Source: Eutreptiella sp. 'Long Island Sound 2002'
Taxonomy: Eukaryota > Protista > Euglenida
Assembly: GCA_964036045.1 (NCBI GenBank)
Contig: OZ038378.1
Span: forward strand, 145,638,001-145,702,000
DNA: 64,000 nucleotides
Direction of reading: 5' to 3'
The translations under genes were made by a program, and so were the position numbers. This document shows, one piece after another, positions 35,825 through 49,392 of this stretch. Within the stretch, counting starts at the first letter, position 1. Each line of letters starts with the position of its first letter. The notes under the pieces were generated by a model. It was given only the letters and a program-made list of their open reading frames with translations, ran no database searches and was not told where the DNA came from.

Positions 35825-38800
35825 CAAAAACTGGTCTCCATTGCCCGTGGCCAGATATGTGAAAAACTCATATGGACAGCATGTTTGTTGCGATGGTCAT
35901 TAGATTTAATCTCACCTTAGGTCTCCTGCAAGTCCTGTAGAGTGGAAGGAAAAAGAACCAAAATTAAAAATGACGGCATGATTGGTTAGCTTCTCAAATA
36001 GGAGTTGTGAAATGAGAAGTTGAAGTCAAAGCCAACGAAAAGCAACAACGAGATGTTCTATTTTGGTGATCATAGATGATGTATGTCCTCACATGAAGAA
36101 CGGACAACCTGCAACATGTGCCACAGGTCAAAGTCTCGCTGACCATATTTTTGGTCAGCTGACGGTATTTTTGGTCAGAGGTACGCTGTCCAAATTTTAG
36201 GTCAAAGTTGCGCTGGCAGATTTTTGGGTCAGAGTTGCGCTGTCTGAATTTTCTGTCACAGTTAGCCTAACCGAATACCCAATCAGATCTGATCTCCATA
36301 GCCGCACACATGTGCCAAAAACCAACGATTTGATGATACAGCATGTTTTCCTCCCTGCATTGTGGTTGCAGTGTGACTACCTCAAGCGCCAACAAGAATG
36401 GGCACCACCTACACGAAGTCTATGGCTATGGTTGCAGCAGGTGTACATATATATACGAGCACTCCGATTTGTTCATAGTGACACTTTTGGACTTATGCAG
36501 CGCTGGACTTAAAAAATATATGAATTGATAAGCTGGGTTGTATTGTTCACTGAATTAAAATCACATCACATGTTGAGGTACCCGGCAACGAGGAGGTTGA
36601 TTGCCTCACCAATTCTGCCAAACTTTTGCATCCGGACAATAAGAACCGAAGCACACTTGCACTTCAAACCATTGCTGCACCTTGGTACACCCAATGTCTC
36701 AAAAAGCCTTGCAGTGAGTGGCATAAGAATGCCCACTTGTAGCTCACCTAGTCTACAAAAACTTTTTTTGAACAGTCCAGTATCGATAATTGTTCGAGAT
36801 TGTTCTAGAGCTTCACACCCATAGTCTACATTGTGGGCCCTACCACCTACCCGCCGTCCTCACACAGAGGGGGCATAAGGTTACTAGGCCAACCGACTAT
36901 GCATACAACGCCCCTCCCCTCGGGCCAATTGTGCCTTCACGACGCAAGGGGTGGGGAAGGTGTGTGCCGTTAAGGTATCCTTAGGCAGATTGTCACCCAC
37001 ATTTTGTTGCAACAAGATGCTGCAGGTGCCTCCGTGTATTGACGCACTCCGCAATCACTGCTAGGTGCCTTGTCGCCCCACCAAAGTAAGCGCGTGTCCT
37101 TGTGTCGTCCTCCTTGGCACCATTTCATAGCCTGCTGTTGTTGGTTCATGACTACGTTTTGTAGGTGCATGCTTTGCACAAGGTTTCCTTTTGTACGGTC
37201 GACAGGGTGAAGATGTAGATTGCGGATGCACCACCATCGGTGAGGGGCCTCCAAAGGAAGGTCCAGGCACCGACAAATATGGGTCTAGGCTGTCCCCGTG
37301 ACATGTTGACCAATCTAAGCCATGTGTCATGGGGGAAACAATTTTTTGAAAATAAGACTTCCTGGGGGCCACTTGCCTCGGCCTCTCTCTGTCGGATGCC
37401 CCTGACTTCATTGACTTCATTGACAGTTGGGCCAATCCGGAAAGTACAAGATTGGATATGACAGAGTAGTGCACGTGTTCTTCTTGTTACTTGCCCTATT
37501 GTATGGAGGTGGTTTGGGTGGGTTTCCGTTCTAGTGGCGTGCAATCTGCATGCATGCATGCATGCATGCATGCAATGCACAAACATTGCTAGGCTAGTGC
37601 ACCACGCTCTTTGTCTTGCGAAAAGGAGATAATTTTCTGTGATGCCCTGCTGCCAAGCCCCCTATGTTGAGTATAAGCTAGCAAGTTTCCCCTCTCTCAC
37701 ACTGAGACTAATGTTCAGGCCGATGATCAGTCCTCCTACATACCATGTGGTGAGGGTTGCACACTCTGAAAGTCAACCAAAAACAAGACTGATATGTAGG
37801 CATATGATCGTTCTATTGCTTTGGTTTTTGAAATTCCGATGCATGTAGAGGGGTTTTTTGTGCATCTATCCATTGTTTGCTATTGAAGTATCCCTCCATC
37901 TTGCAAATCCCAACCTTTCCACTCACCTGCACAACCATCAGCCTGCCAACACAGATAAACAAAAGTAGAAAAACGAGGTGTAGATAATGTGCAGTTGATA
38001 TGCAAGGTGGTGTCCAGCAAGTGGCATTTGTGCTTCAAGGCATAATGTGCACTGTGCAACAACACCACATTGCTACCGGTTTTTGTGTAGGAAAAGCACT
38101 CAAAGTCACCTTACACACTGCAACAGCCCTCACACCCCCAGCCCCTTGTCCAAGGCATGTAGGAAACCCAATTGGTGGAGGCGCCTAATGGCGCATTTGG
38201 ATGGCGTGAACTATTTGTGGTGGCGCCTGACAGCACCATGCTGGACTGCATGGACAAAATGTGTCACGGCTCCGCCGGGTTGAGACATGAAGTCCTGTTG
38301 TGGATGTCAAAGTGATGCTGGAGAGTGACAACCATCGTCGCTCTATGGCCAGGCTACTGTTTTGCCGGACAAGGAACTTCCGGAGGGGGACGACCAGCGT
38401 CGATCTATGGCCAAGACATGTAGGGTTTCGGACAAGACTTTCCAGAGACAGAACTGCGCTGTGTGGGAGGCGTGGGAGATGTATGTCAGCGAATGATGGG
38501 CAGTGAAAGGCGTCCCTCGTGGACGTAGAGCGCAAACAAACAGCGCGGTTCAAAACCGAATACTGCAAAGGAGGGACATGCGGAAAAATGATGGCAATCG
38601 CGTAGCACATGAGTTTGCCAAAGGAATCTCTGCGGGGAACATTTGATCCCGCTGCCATGCCCACAAGGAGCAACCTTGCAGTGCGTCTCCATACAACAAA
38701 CAGTGAGGGTGGTGGCCTCACAGACTCCACCATTCTGGGTCAATGTGCCTTTGGTTGAGGGTCTGTGGCATGGAATTAGGATGAGGGGACATTTGGCCGG

Positions 38801-39956
38801 GGGTGTGACGAACGATGCTTAATTCTCTGCACCTTCCACTGTCCCAATTGAATTACTTTCTGTGCAGGCAGGTCCTGTCCGCATACATGGACTCTGTGGT
38901 AAGGAAACACAGGACTACGAGCGCATGATATACATGGAGATTGTGCATCATAGCTGTCAATGATGCTTTGGTGTGTCCAAAGCAACTAAAGAGCCTTGTT
39001 GCATGTCTGCTGGTATCATGGCTGTGTGGAGCGCATCTCTGCATAGCTGGAGCAGTGAAAGGTTGTGCACAACATTTGGTAGGTGGACAGTGAGTGAGGA
39101 GAGTTGCATGAGACCATTTGGTATTGGTGTACATGGGGCAATTTGTAATATCAGCCTGATGGATTGTGAGGGAATGTTCGTGTGCTGGAAAAACTAGAAA
39201 TAAGGCGCGTGGATGGGATTGTCATGTTGTGGCATGGCATTGGAAAAGGGTGGATTGTCCTTGTAGCAGGGGGCGCAGTGACAATCATGACACAATAGCT
39301 CAAAATCATTTGAGTAAACACACATCAACATCACACACACACACCAGCAGCAACAACCCAGCTTCTGCAGATTTCTTTCCGTTTCATCTAAACCGGGGAG
39401 CCCTAACAAAATGCTATGTGTTGATACGTCCAGCCAACACCAGACATGGCATGCACAGCAGACACATAGGATGCTGGCAACCCAAGTATTAAGTCGTACA
39501 AATACAAGGATAGCCAACAGTCTGGCTGCCACAGTGTGTGCTCCCCAGTTTCAGTTGAGCATAGGACTGTCTCCTGCATCATCTTCCCCCGTTCTCTAGG
39601 ACTCTCTCCTCTCAGTCGCCATGGGCTCCAATGCCAATTCAGCAGGCACTGTGCAGCACAAGGAGACTGCCCACCCACCCACACCGCAACAAGTGAGAGC
39701 GCAGTGAATTCAGGTAATCCTGGAAGCAAGAAGGCCGCAAGCCACAAACAAGCCAGGGGACTGTTGCCTAGGCATGAGAGAACCACAAGCGGGATAGGAT
39801 ACCGCCATTGAAGCACATGCAACAGGCCAAACGCAAAAAATATTCCCTGCCATCTCAGCGTGGCGTGCCACATTTTTGTTTGCCCTCATGTCTCCTCCTT
39901 CCCCATCCCTCATGCCTGTGGCTGCTTCCCTCAGACATGGCAATGCGCTGTTGCAG

Positions 39957-40087
39957 GCAGCTGGTCCCTGCCATTGCGCCTCGGCTGGGCCCCTGGTCGG
40001 GCCGTGCATGCTATGCCGCTGCTGGCACTGATTACAAGGAGCCTCCTCTACCATCCATCACACGGGATGTCATCCCTCCGCCGCGAC
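39957..40087 (+). CDS. Tentative exon
   Basis: gttgcag|...|gtatgt; SWSLPLRLGWAPGRAVHAMPLLALITRSLLYHPSHGMSSLRRD; phase chain with 40820-40967 and 43381-43478. Confidence 0.4.
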
Positions 40088-40819
40088 GTATGTCTGCTCT
40101 GCTCCAGCAATGGGAGTTGCCTCTGTCATGCAACACCGTTCAGTTCAAGGCTTGAGCAGGCTCCGTTGCTGCACAAGCACAGTTTTGGGACTCCTGCTGT
40201 GCGGGATGCGTGGGGCATGTTTCAGGCAGTGTTTGTATGCCAAGGCATGTTGATGTGTTGCATGGGGCACAGCAGCTGCACACAGACCAGTGTCACTGAT
40301 TTTATGACACTGGGGGGTTTTTTCTTTTGGGTTTATGAACGTGTCCTGCGGGGTGCATGCTTTGGGCTAGGTGTCCCCTTGTGGGCCTGTTGTTTTCCAC
40401 TCCAGGCGCATTCTGTGGGGGTTGGTTCTGGGTATGCTTCCCTCGCATGCGGGGCGTGCACGGGGCAAAACACTGCCGCTTTGTCCACACTTCGCGTTGC
40501 TGTGGATTTGTAACGCATTGCTTGGAATATTTCCAGGACGTATCAGGTGCACTTGGGGATCCTACATGCCTCTGTGAGCCTGTATAGTGGAACGCACGCG
40601 AGAAAAGATGGACGGTGGGAATGCCGTCCACACAGTGCAAAGTTTTGTCTTTCAGCAACGATGCGAACCCTAGTTTTGGCCCTTTCCCACAAGTTACTGG
40701 GATTTTTAGTGTATATGTTCTTTTGAAAACATGCATTTCATAGGGTTTTTTTCTGAAAAGGGGCTAGAAAGGGTGTTTGGTCATGGTTGAGGGGTCCGGC
40801 CCACACAGTGTTCACACAG

Positions 40820-40967
40820 CTGCTTTGCAACCACGTTACTCCTCCCGGCTTCATGAAATGTGGCACCAGGGACCAGAGGCCAGATTGGAGCTTAAGTCAT
40901 TTGCCCTATGCACAAGAGGCTGCAGGGCATCCCCTGTGGCAATGGATGCAGGGACACTGGCCTTCGG
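40820..40967 (+). CDS. Tentative exon
   Basis: cacacag|LLCNHVTPPG...LWQWMQGHWPS G|gtgatc; supported by phase consistency only. Confidence 0.35.
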
Positions 40968-41414
40968 GTGATCCAAATCTGTGCATTGCAAATCCTCCTC
41001 CCGGACTCTCAGCCATTTGCACAGACAGTCACTATGTGTTCCTCAACTATGTGTTCCTCAGCGCAACGGGAGCAGCATGTAAGTGGAAAATACCTGGAGA
41101 GATCGGTAGTTGTGGCCCCGTTTCCAACGGGGGGGGCGCGCGGCGGGCATCTTTTTTGACCCGTGCCCCACCGGTGGCCTTTTAGGGGTTGCACTAAGGG
41201 GGCGCACTTAGCAGCTATTTGGGCGCCTGGCTGTACTAGAGGCCCATACTTTGAGATACTAGGGGCATCATTGTGACCCCTAGCGTAGGTTTTGACTTCT
41301 GATTTTGTCCCCTTTGTTGGGGACCCCCGAGAATGCAGGGGTGACGTAGCATTTCCGCCCTCTTTTGGGCCCCAACCTTCCAGTGCTATTGAGGAAACCG
41401 TGACAGTCTCTGAA

Positions 41415-41560
41415 TCCACGCTGTGTTGCGTGGCCCCTTGAGTTGGGGTTCGGGACTCTCAATCCATGCTTTGTTGCGTGGCCCCTTGAGTTGGGGTTAG
41501 GGACTCTCAATTCACGCTTTGTTGCGTGGCCCCTTGAGTTGGGGTTAGGGATTCGCAATC
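41415..41560. repeat. 48-bp tandem repeat x3
   Basis: Unit cacgctttgttgcgtggccccttgagttggggttagggactctcaatc; one more copy near 57400-57450. Confidence 0.85.
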
Positions 41561-42152
41561 CACGAGAATGTAGGGGTGCCATAGCATTTCCACCCTCTTT
41601 TGGGCCCTGGAGAAGGCAGGGGTGAGGCAGCCACTTCTGATTTTGTTCCCTTTTGTTTGGGGATCCCCGAGAATGCACACGGCGCAATGCAACAATTTAA
41701 ACTCTTTATACAATCTTCGTTACGCTTTTGCTTTGCGTTGCGTTGCGTTGTGTTGTGTTTACACAATTTTGCATCCGGAGGCAAGTCCGCAACCCCCCCC
41801 TACAGACCATGGGAGCATGTCCTACCTCATGTTTGGACTCACCAAAGCAAGTGTGTGTGTTGTGTTGCCAGAAGCGCTCCACCGTCGCAGTTTTGTGATG
41901 AGTGTCAGCGCTCCACCGTCGCAGTTTGTGATGAGTGTCAGGAGCACTATTGTACTGAATGTATTGACACCCACACTTGTGGGACCAATGTTGTTTGTTA
42001 AGTACAATACAAATGACATTTGGAGTTGTTGAATTCACAGCTATTGCTTTATTATGCAACCTGCTTTGTAGGGAAGGTGTGCAGCCGTGGTCTACTTGGG
42101 GGGCTTCTCCATGAGAGAGTAAATCTGACGCTGAAGTTGGGATAGTTAATAG

Positions 42153-42356
42153 AAAAGTAGCGCGCCGGGCAAACATTCCCCCAATGTCCTCCTTTGGGAG
42201 ATGCTACTTGAACTTCTTGATGCCCCCCGTGGCTGTGTCAAAATTTTCAAGGTGCCATCGCACGTGAATATCTCAGGCAATAATGAGGCAGACCGCCTTG
42301 CGGATCTGGGACGTCAGTCATTGCTACACCAGCAAAAGATTAGACCAGTGTGCTAA
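42153..42356 (+). pseudogene. RNase H C-terminal fragment, probably retrotransposon-derived
   Basis: NVLLWEMLLELL...VKIFKVPSHVNISGNNEADRLADLG matches RNase HI NxDLW...VxxHxxxxGNExADxLA; upstream frame closed at 42150. Confidence 0.8.
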
Positions 42357-43380
42357 ACACACCACCATGCAAAAAACGCAAGCTCACCACCCTGCATGAA
42401 CTGCAAGAGGTGGCACAAGATTTATAGTTCTCACCGGTACACCATGCACTTTCGGATACAGTCTCAGAAGCCTCAGAAGCGTAGACAGACCTCACACAAA
42501 GACTGGACCCCCTCACTATCATCCTGCAGCATTTCAAAGTAATCACACTAATTAGACGGTCCTCAGGGACGGGCTTGTGTTTACACCGGTTGGGCTTTTC
42601 TGTTTCCCTGAGTTCAGGCCTCATGAGCGAGGACACCTCCGAGCTCAGGCAGCCCCTGCTCACATTTGCATGTTTATCCAAAACTAACCTTTCCACAACC
42701 ATGGTGTGGCCGAATGAGTGCCAAATTTTGCGCCAGGAAAGTGGTTCGTTTAAAGTGCATGGCACACAATGGAACTGTGCAGATTTCAGTCATCGTCGTG
42801 GACTGTGCTCTAAACCAGCAGATTTTGCGCCACCACTGCAGGGACCCACATTGTACATCTTTGTATTGAGATAGTGGAGCACCCCAACCAAGAAGGCGAT
42901 ACCTTCTTGGTTGAGTGTCTATAGCGGGGACATTTAGTCTATCAGAACCGACCATTGATCCCCCAAAAACTAATGGGAACGTCGGCTGGTCGATCCAGCA
43001 AGACACCCACAGGGGGAGGTAGCCGAACGGCATTTGAGGCAACTGGAACCGTGGCACCCTGCAGCTGCATTGCACGCTGCTTTGTTGTGTGTGGCCGTGC
43101 TGGCCGTTTGTTATATGGCCCATCACCGGGGCATCTCTACCGACCTACCTGAGATTTACTGCATGTGCACGCAGTGTGCATGCACCACAAAAACATTGCC
43201 CGTATAAATTGGTACCCAGCTCTGGCTTAAATGAGGGGTCCATTGACAAATGTGTGTTCAGTTGCATGTCATGTAGCATCACAGCATCATGAGTGAACTC
43301 CACTTCGCCCATGCACACCTGCGCTGTCGTGTGCTTGGTTTTTTTTTTTGAGGCTAGCATTGCCCCCGTATGTTTGTCAG

Positions 43381-43478
43381 ATGGCCTCAACAAGGATTTG
43401 TTTTTAAGATTCATTGGCCCAGATTGTGACGCTCATGCTAGCAGCATTGAGAGCTGGGAGAAGCTGTTTACTATGAAG
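43381..43478 (+). CDS. Tentative exon
   Basis: tttgtcag|AT...AAG|gtgtgc; GLNKDLFLRFIGPDCDAHASSIESWEKLFTMK. Confidence 0.5.
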
Positions 43479-43845
43479 GTGTGCCTGTGCAGGGATGAGC
43501 GCTGGCTGATGAGCCCCTGATGTGTGCTCACATGCAGGAACCTGCACCAGCTCGAGTGCAGCAAGGCTGGGGATGTACATGGAAAACCTGAATGAAGTTT
43601 GTCAAAGGATTGGTTTAATCCCGTTGCTGCATCTTCAAGAGTTTTAGATATGCCAGGCACTCTAAAAGGCCAGTCTGCCCTCCCGTTTGAGCCGACAGAA
43701 ACAGTTTGAGCAAAGTAGGCTCGGTACAGACCATGTTATGGAGGCACTGATATCGAATCAAGGGCTGCTAGTGGTGGTGGGGTTGCATGGACACTTAGAT
43801 ATGATATCATGTGGGGATTGGGAAACCCATCAACCATTGGTCTTA

Positions 43846-44139
43846 TGGGGGCGCACCGTGCGCTGTGCCCGCGCTGTGCGAAAAGTCGGCTGGTTTTCAC
43901 CCCCGGTAGCCACGGGTCCCTGGGTCCTGAATTCTGCACCCTACAGCCCCTGCTGGTACAGGGATTTTTTGTTTTAGTCTGATGCTTGCCATGGCTCCCA
44001 GGGCCCTGAATTCTGCACCCCTGATGCTGTTTTGAATGGATCATGCACGCATCTGTCAGTGGGTGATTTTCAGGGGTGTTCCGGGGATAAACAACGTAAT
44101 AATTGGCGCTGTGCCCACGCTGTGCGAAAACGCCCCCCA
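43846..44139. mobile_element. Inverted copy of the 3352-3546 repeat
   Basis: Shared segments; one internal block (about 45 bp) is duplicated in this copy. Confidence 0.6.
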
Positions 44140-44741
44140 TGTGCATTAGGTTTCGTAGAAGCACGCGGCCATGAAGACTGGCAGCCCGTCTGGTGAGCAT
44201 GTGCAGTTGGTCCGCATGCGGGACAAGCGGGGCACTGGGTTTTACTCTAAGCCCATGCAGGAGAAATGCCCTCTGACCAAATCACGCTACCTGGTGAAAC
44301 CGTCATTTTCAGTGCTTCAGGCGGCGCCTGTGCAGTGCGGTGGGGGTACCACACCGGCTGTATGGCATTGCGTGTGTTCTTGGCATTCACAAAGATTTCG
44401 ATGTGGCCCAAAAAGCCTTTGTGGTAAAACTGTGGGATCTCAGACCAAAGACTGCAAGCAGGCACGGGGGGGACGTCTCCTCGGTCCCGGTACGCGACTC
44501 CCCCCCCCCCCCCTCCCCCGCCCCCCCCCCCCTCCCTGCCCTCCGGGCCAACTTAGTTGCCAAGGGTCAACAGCTACTGGCCATACATATAGTGGCGCCG
44601 AAGGCGCTTGAAAATTTTTTTTCATTCCCCTTGCCCATTTTGTCCACTTTGCACCCCAACATTATCCTTGAACCCAACCTTGACTCTAATGCCCACCCCA
44701 ACGCTCAGCCTACTCCTAACCCTACCCCCAAACCTTTCCCT

Positions 44742-47700
44742 TGACCCTAACCCTAATCAAGACTGAATATTGGGACCGAGCTGGTGGGGGAGGGAACATT
44801 AGATATGAATGGTGAGGGACATCAAGAATGATTCACACATTGATGGCTCTTGACAAAGTGAAATGCACCTGAACCCCATCACCACGAGGCCCACTTTCAA
44901 GGCTTTTTGGACTTCTCAGGGGCCAAAATGCCCCAAAATGGGCTCAAAATGGGCTCATTTCACCCTTTTGTGCACCCCATATGGTCTAGGATGAGTTTTG
45001 GAAAAATGTGTTTTTGACCCATTTTTGACCCATTTTTGGTCCCAAAACAGCCCATTTTCAAGGCATTTTAGGATTTTCAAAGGACCAAAATGGGCCACCA
45101 CAAACTCAAAACAGTCCAAAAACACTTGTTTTACCATCGCACATGGTCTAGGATCATTTTTGAGAAAGGTCATATTTTTGCCCCTATTGGACCCTGTTGA
45201 CCCATTTGGGTACCCACTTGTTTGGGCTTGAGCTTGCAGCTTGCCACAGCCTAGTGGGCCTAGGTATTGGGGTCTAGGCGTCCGTTTGAGCAATTCTGAG
45301 GGGTGGAAACCACAAAACGTGGGGGGTTGCGGGTGGAGTAGGTGCCCTCGGAATCGCATTTTGAGCCATGTAGCCAAAGATATGGCCTATTCTTGGTTTG
45401 TGGCTGCCGGCATTTGGAGCTTCTTGGGGCCTGTTTGGGCCGCTTCCGCGGCATATCATGGAGTTAGAGGGCCGCAAAGAGCTCGTTGACACGGGGAAGT
45501 CAAGCAGCACGTGGAGTGTACCCACCGTTTCCCTTCGTTTGGCCGTTTTGAATGTGTTCCAGGGCATTTTTGGCCCAAAAATGGCTGTTTTTGGCCCTAA
45601 ACTGCAGTTTTTGAAACTGAGGTCCGCCACTTGCGAATCCCGTTCCCGGCCGCCACCGTTGAGTTTCTTGCTCAAACTTTGTGTGATTGTACTTCACACC
45701 CATAGGTATCATCCACCAAAATTTCAGCCGAATCTGAAGCACCACAACGGAAATCTGATTTTTACCCATTTCGCGCGTGCTGCTGCTTGCTGCTTGCTGC
45801 TGCTTGCTGCTGCTTGCTGCTGCTGCTGCTAAACCTGGTAGGTCCACCCTAGACACTAAAAAGGGTTATAAAACCAAGACTGGTTCCACCAGCTCGGTGA
45901 CCCTAACCCTAATCAAGACTGAATATTGGGACCGAGCTGGTGGGGGCGGGAACATTAGATATGAATGGTGAGGGACATCAAGAATGATTCACACATTGAT
46001 GGCTCTTGACAAAGTAAAATGCACCTGAACCCCATCACCACGAGGCCCACTTTCAAGGCTTTTTGGACTTCTCAGGGGCCAAAATGCCCCAAAATGGGCT
46101 CAAAATGGGCTCATTTCACCCTTTTGTGCACCCCATATGGTCTAGGATGAGTTTTGGAAAAATGTGTTTTTGACCCATTTTTGACCCATTTTTGGTCCCA
46201 AAACAGCCCATTTTCAAGGCATTTTGGGATTTTTGGAGGACCAAAATGGGCCACCACAAACTCAAAACAGTCCAAAAACACTTGTTTTACCATCGCACAT
46301 GGTCTAGGATCATTTTTGCGGAAAGTCATATTTTTGCCCCTATTGGACCCTGTTGACCCATTTGGGTACCCACCTGTTTGGGCTTGAGCTTGCAGCTTGC
46401 CACAGCCTAGTGGGCCTAGGTATTGGGGTCTAGGCGTCCGTTTGAGCAATTCTGAGGGGTGGAAACCACAAAACGTGGGGGGTTGCGGGTGGAGTAGGTG
46501 CCCTCGGAATCGCATTTTGAGCCATGTAGCCAAAGATATGGCCTATTCTTGGTTTGTGGTTGTCGGCAGTCGGAGCTTCTGGGGGCCTGTTTGGGCCGCT
46601 TCCGCGGCATATCATGGAGTTAGAGGGCCGCAAAGAGCTCGTTGACACGGGGAAGTCAAGCAGCACGTGGAGTGTACCCACCGTTTCCCTTCGTTTGGCC
46701 GTTTTGAATGTGTTCCAGGGCATTTTTGGCCCAAAAATGGCTGTTTTTGGCCCTAAATTGCAGTTTTTGAAACTGAGGTCCGCCACTTGCGAATCCCGTT
46801 CCCAGCCGCCACCGTTGAGTTTCTTGCTCAAACTTTGTGTGATTGTACTTCACACCCATAGGTATCATCCACCAAAATTTGAACCAAATCCAAAACACCA
46901 CGACGGATTTCTGATTTTTACCCATTTCGCGCGTGCTGCTGCTTGCTGCTTGCTGCTGCTTGCTGCTGCTTGCTGCTGCTGCTGCTAAACCTGGTAGGTC
47001 CACCCTAGACACTAAAAAGGGTTATAAAACCAAGACTGGTTCCACCAGCTCGGTGACCCCAACCCTAGCCCTAATCAAGACTGAATATTGGGACCGAGCT
47101 GGTGGGGGAGGGAACATCAGCTATGACTGGTGAGGGACATCAAGAATGATTCACACATTGATGGCTCTTGACAAAGTGAAATCAGCTTGCAAGTGAACCC
47201 CATCACCACGAGGCCCACTTTCAAGGCTTTTTGGACTTCTGAGGGGCCAAAATGCCCCAAAATGGGCTCAAAATGGGCTCATTTCACCCGTTTGTGCACC
47301 CCAAATGGTCTAGGATGAGGTTTGGAAAAATGCGTTTTTGACCCATTTTTGACCCATTTTTGGTCCCAAAACAACCCATTTTCAAGGCATTTTAGGATTT
47401 TCGGAGGACCAAAATGGGCCACCACCACATCAAAACGGTCCAAAAACACTTGTTTTAGCGTCGCACATGGTCTAGGATCATTTTTGAGAAAGGTCATCTT
47501 TTTGCCCCTACTGGACCCTGTTGACCCATTTGGGCACCCACCTGTTTGGGCTTGAGCTTGCAGCTTGCCACAGCCTAGTGGGCCTAGGTATTGGGGTCTA
47601 GGCGTCCGTTTGAGCAATTCTGAGGGGTGGAAACCACAAAACGTGGGGGGTTGCGGGTGGAGTAGGTGCCCTCGGAATCGCATTTGGAGCCATGTAGCCA

Positions 47701-48240
47701 AAGATATGGCCTATTCTTGGTTTGTGGCTGCCGGCATTTGGAGCTTCTTGGGGCCTGTTTGGGCCGTTTCCGGGACATATCATTGAGTTAGAGGGCCGCA
47801 AAGAGCTCGTTGACACAGGGAAGTCAAGCCGCACATGAAGTGTACCCACCGTTTCCCTTCGTTTGGCCGTTTTGAATGTGTTCCAGGGCATTTTTGGCCC
47901 AAAAATGGCTGTTTTTGGCCCTAAACTGCAGTTTTTGAAACTGAGGTCCGCCACTTGCGAATCCCGTTCCCGGCAGCCACCGTTGAGTTTCTTGCTCAAA
48001 CTTTGTGTGATTGTACTTCACACCCATAGGTATCATCCACCAAAATTTCAGCCGAATCTGAAGCACCACAACGGAAATCTGATTTTTACCCATTTCGCGC
48101 GTGCTGCTTGCTGCTGCTTGCTGCTGCTTGCTGCTGCTTGCTGCTGCTGCTGCTGCTAAACCTGGTAGGTCCACCCTAGACCCTAAAAAGGGTTATAAAA
48201 CCAAGACTGGTTCCACCAGCTCGGTGACCCTAACCCTAGC
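44742..48240. mobile_element. Head-to-tail trimer of 1.16-kb non-autonomous units with 13-bp subterminal inverted repeats
   Basis: ACCGAGCTGGTGG at 44775, 45931, 47093; CCACCAGCTCGGT at 45886, 47042, 48213; periods 1156 and 1162 bp; each unit has a GCT/GCTT microsatellite. Confidence 0.85.
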
Positions 48241-48600
48241 CCTGCCCCTAGCCCTAGCTCTCACCCTAGGCTCGGGTTAGAATGAGTGTTGGGGTCCAAA
48301 ATGGAGAGCAATGATGTGGCAAAAGCAGCCATGAACGAAATTGGGGGGATCTTGTGCAGCCCAATCAACATGGCTGGCATGGCCAAACCAACTGGCTGCA
48401 AAGGTTAGGGTTAGGTTTATGGTGATGGTATGGTTAGAGGGAGGGCAAGGGGAGGTAAGGGGAGCCTGTGCCCCCCCCCTCCCCCCACGCCCCCCCCCCC
48501 TCACCACCCCAAATCTCCCCACCTGGACCCCCCCCCCAACCGACCCTCCCAACCGCCCCCCCCCCCCCCTTCGCCCCTCCCTGAACCCCCCCCTTCCAAC

Positions 48601-48631
<31 letters not shown>

Positions 48632-49333
48632 GGGGGCCTTCGGCCCACTTCTACTGGGGGGGGGGGAGTCGCGTACAGAAGCGAGGAGACGTCCCCCCGT
48701 GCAAGCAGGCAATGACACAGGAGGAAGGGACCCAATGCAGGGGAAAAGTGCAGCTGCCACTAACACAGTCAAATAGGTATTTTGTTAAGTACACAGATGG
48801 ATCAATTCGAGAGTTGCTAGGACCGATGTCACTTTCATAGTGGCTTGTTTGGGAAACTCACCTACACCATTCACAACGGAACATGCAAGTGGCCGAATGC
48901 TTTGAGGTGATATTTGCAAAAGAAGGAATTGCATCATCACCACCACCACCACCACCATCTGCCGCCGCCGCCGTTGTTGTTGTCATGGTCGTCATCATCA
49001 TCATCGCCGCTGTCGTTGTCGTTCTCGTGGTCATTGTCCTCCTTGTGGTGGATGTCCTTGTGTCACCAACTTCTTCGTGTTGTTGCTGTTTGATGTTTGT
49101 ATCTGGTCTGTGCAATCAATCAACCACACTCAGCTTGGTGAAATGTTGCAGGTGCCCTTGTCAAGTTTTCAAATTGTTTGTTTCACATCTCCCAGTCTGA
49201 ACAGCACCGTGGACAACACAAGGGACGTTACCAGGCACTGTACACCTCATGTCTATACCTCACATGGCCGGGCGCTAGGCCCAGCAATGATGTGTCTTTT
49301 TGCTGCTTTTCTTGTCAATTCCATTGTTCGCAG

Positions 49334-49392
49334 TATCAAGATTTCATTGATGTGGGGTATCAACATGCTCAGGCCATGCGGATTGTACGATG
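49334..49392 (+). CDS. Probable exon, resembles the end of a patatin/NTE-like domain
   Basis: gttcgcag|TAT...TG|gtatgt; YQDFIDVGYQHAQAMRIVR resembles FDEIxEVGYQHG; phase 2 joins 50795. Confidence 0.5.

Noticed and set aside
38590-38646. GISAG (GxSxG lipase motif)
   Set aside because: Stop codon three codons later and no usable splice donor.
44955-48174. Triplicated ORFs (MATWLKMRF..., MSKKLNGG...)
   Set aside because: Open frames inside a non-coding repeat, overlapping on both strands, with no transposase motifs.
48709-48776. Candidate exon AMTQEEGTQCRGK
   Set aside because: Phase-compatible but no homology support, and the 49334 exon gives a better join to 50795.
48930-49090. Long hydrophobic, poly-His or acidic ORFs
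   Set aside because: Trinucleotide low-complexity tract open in several frames.
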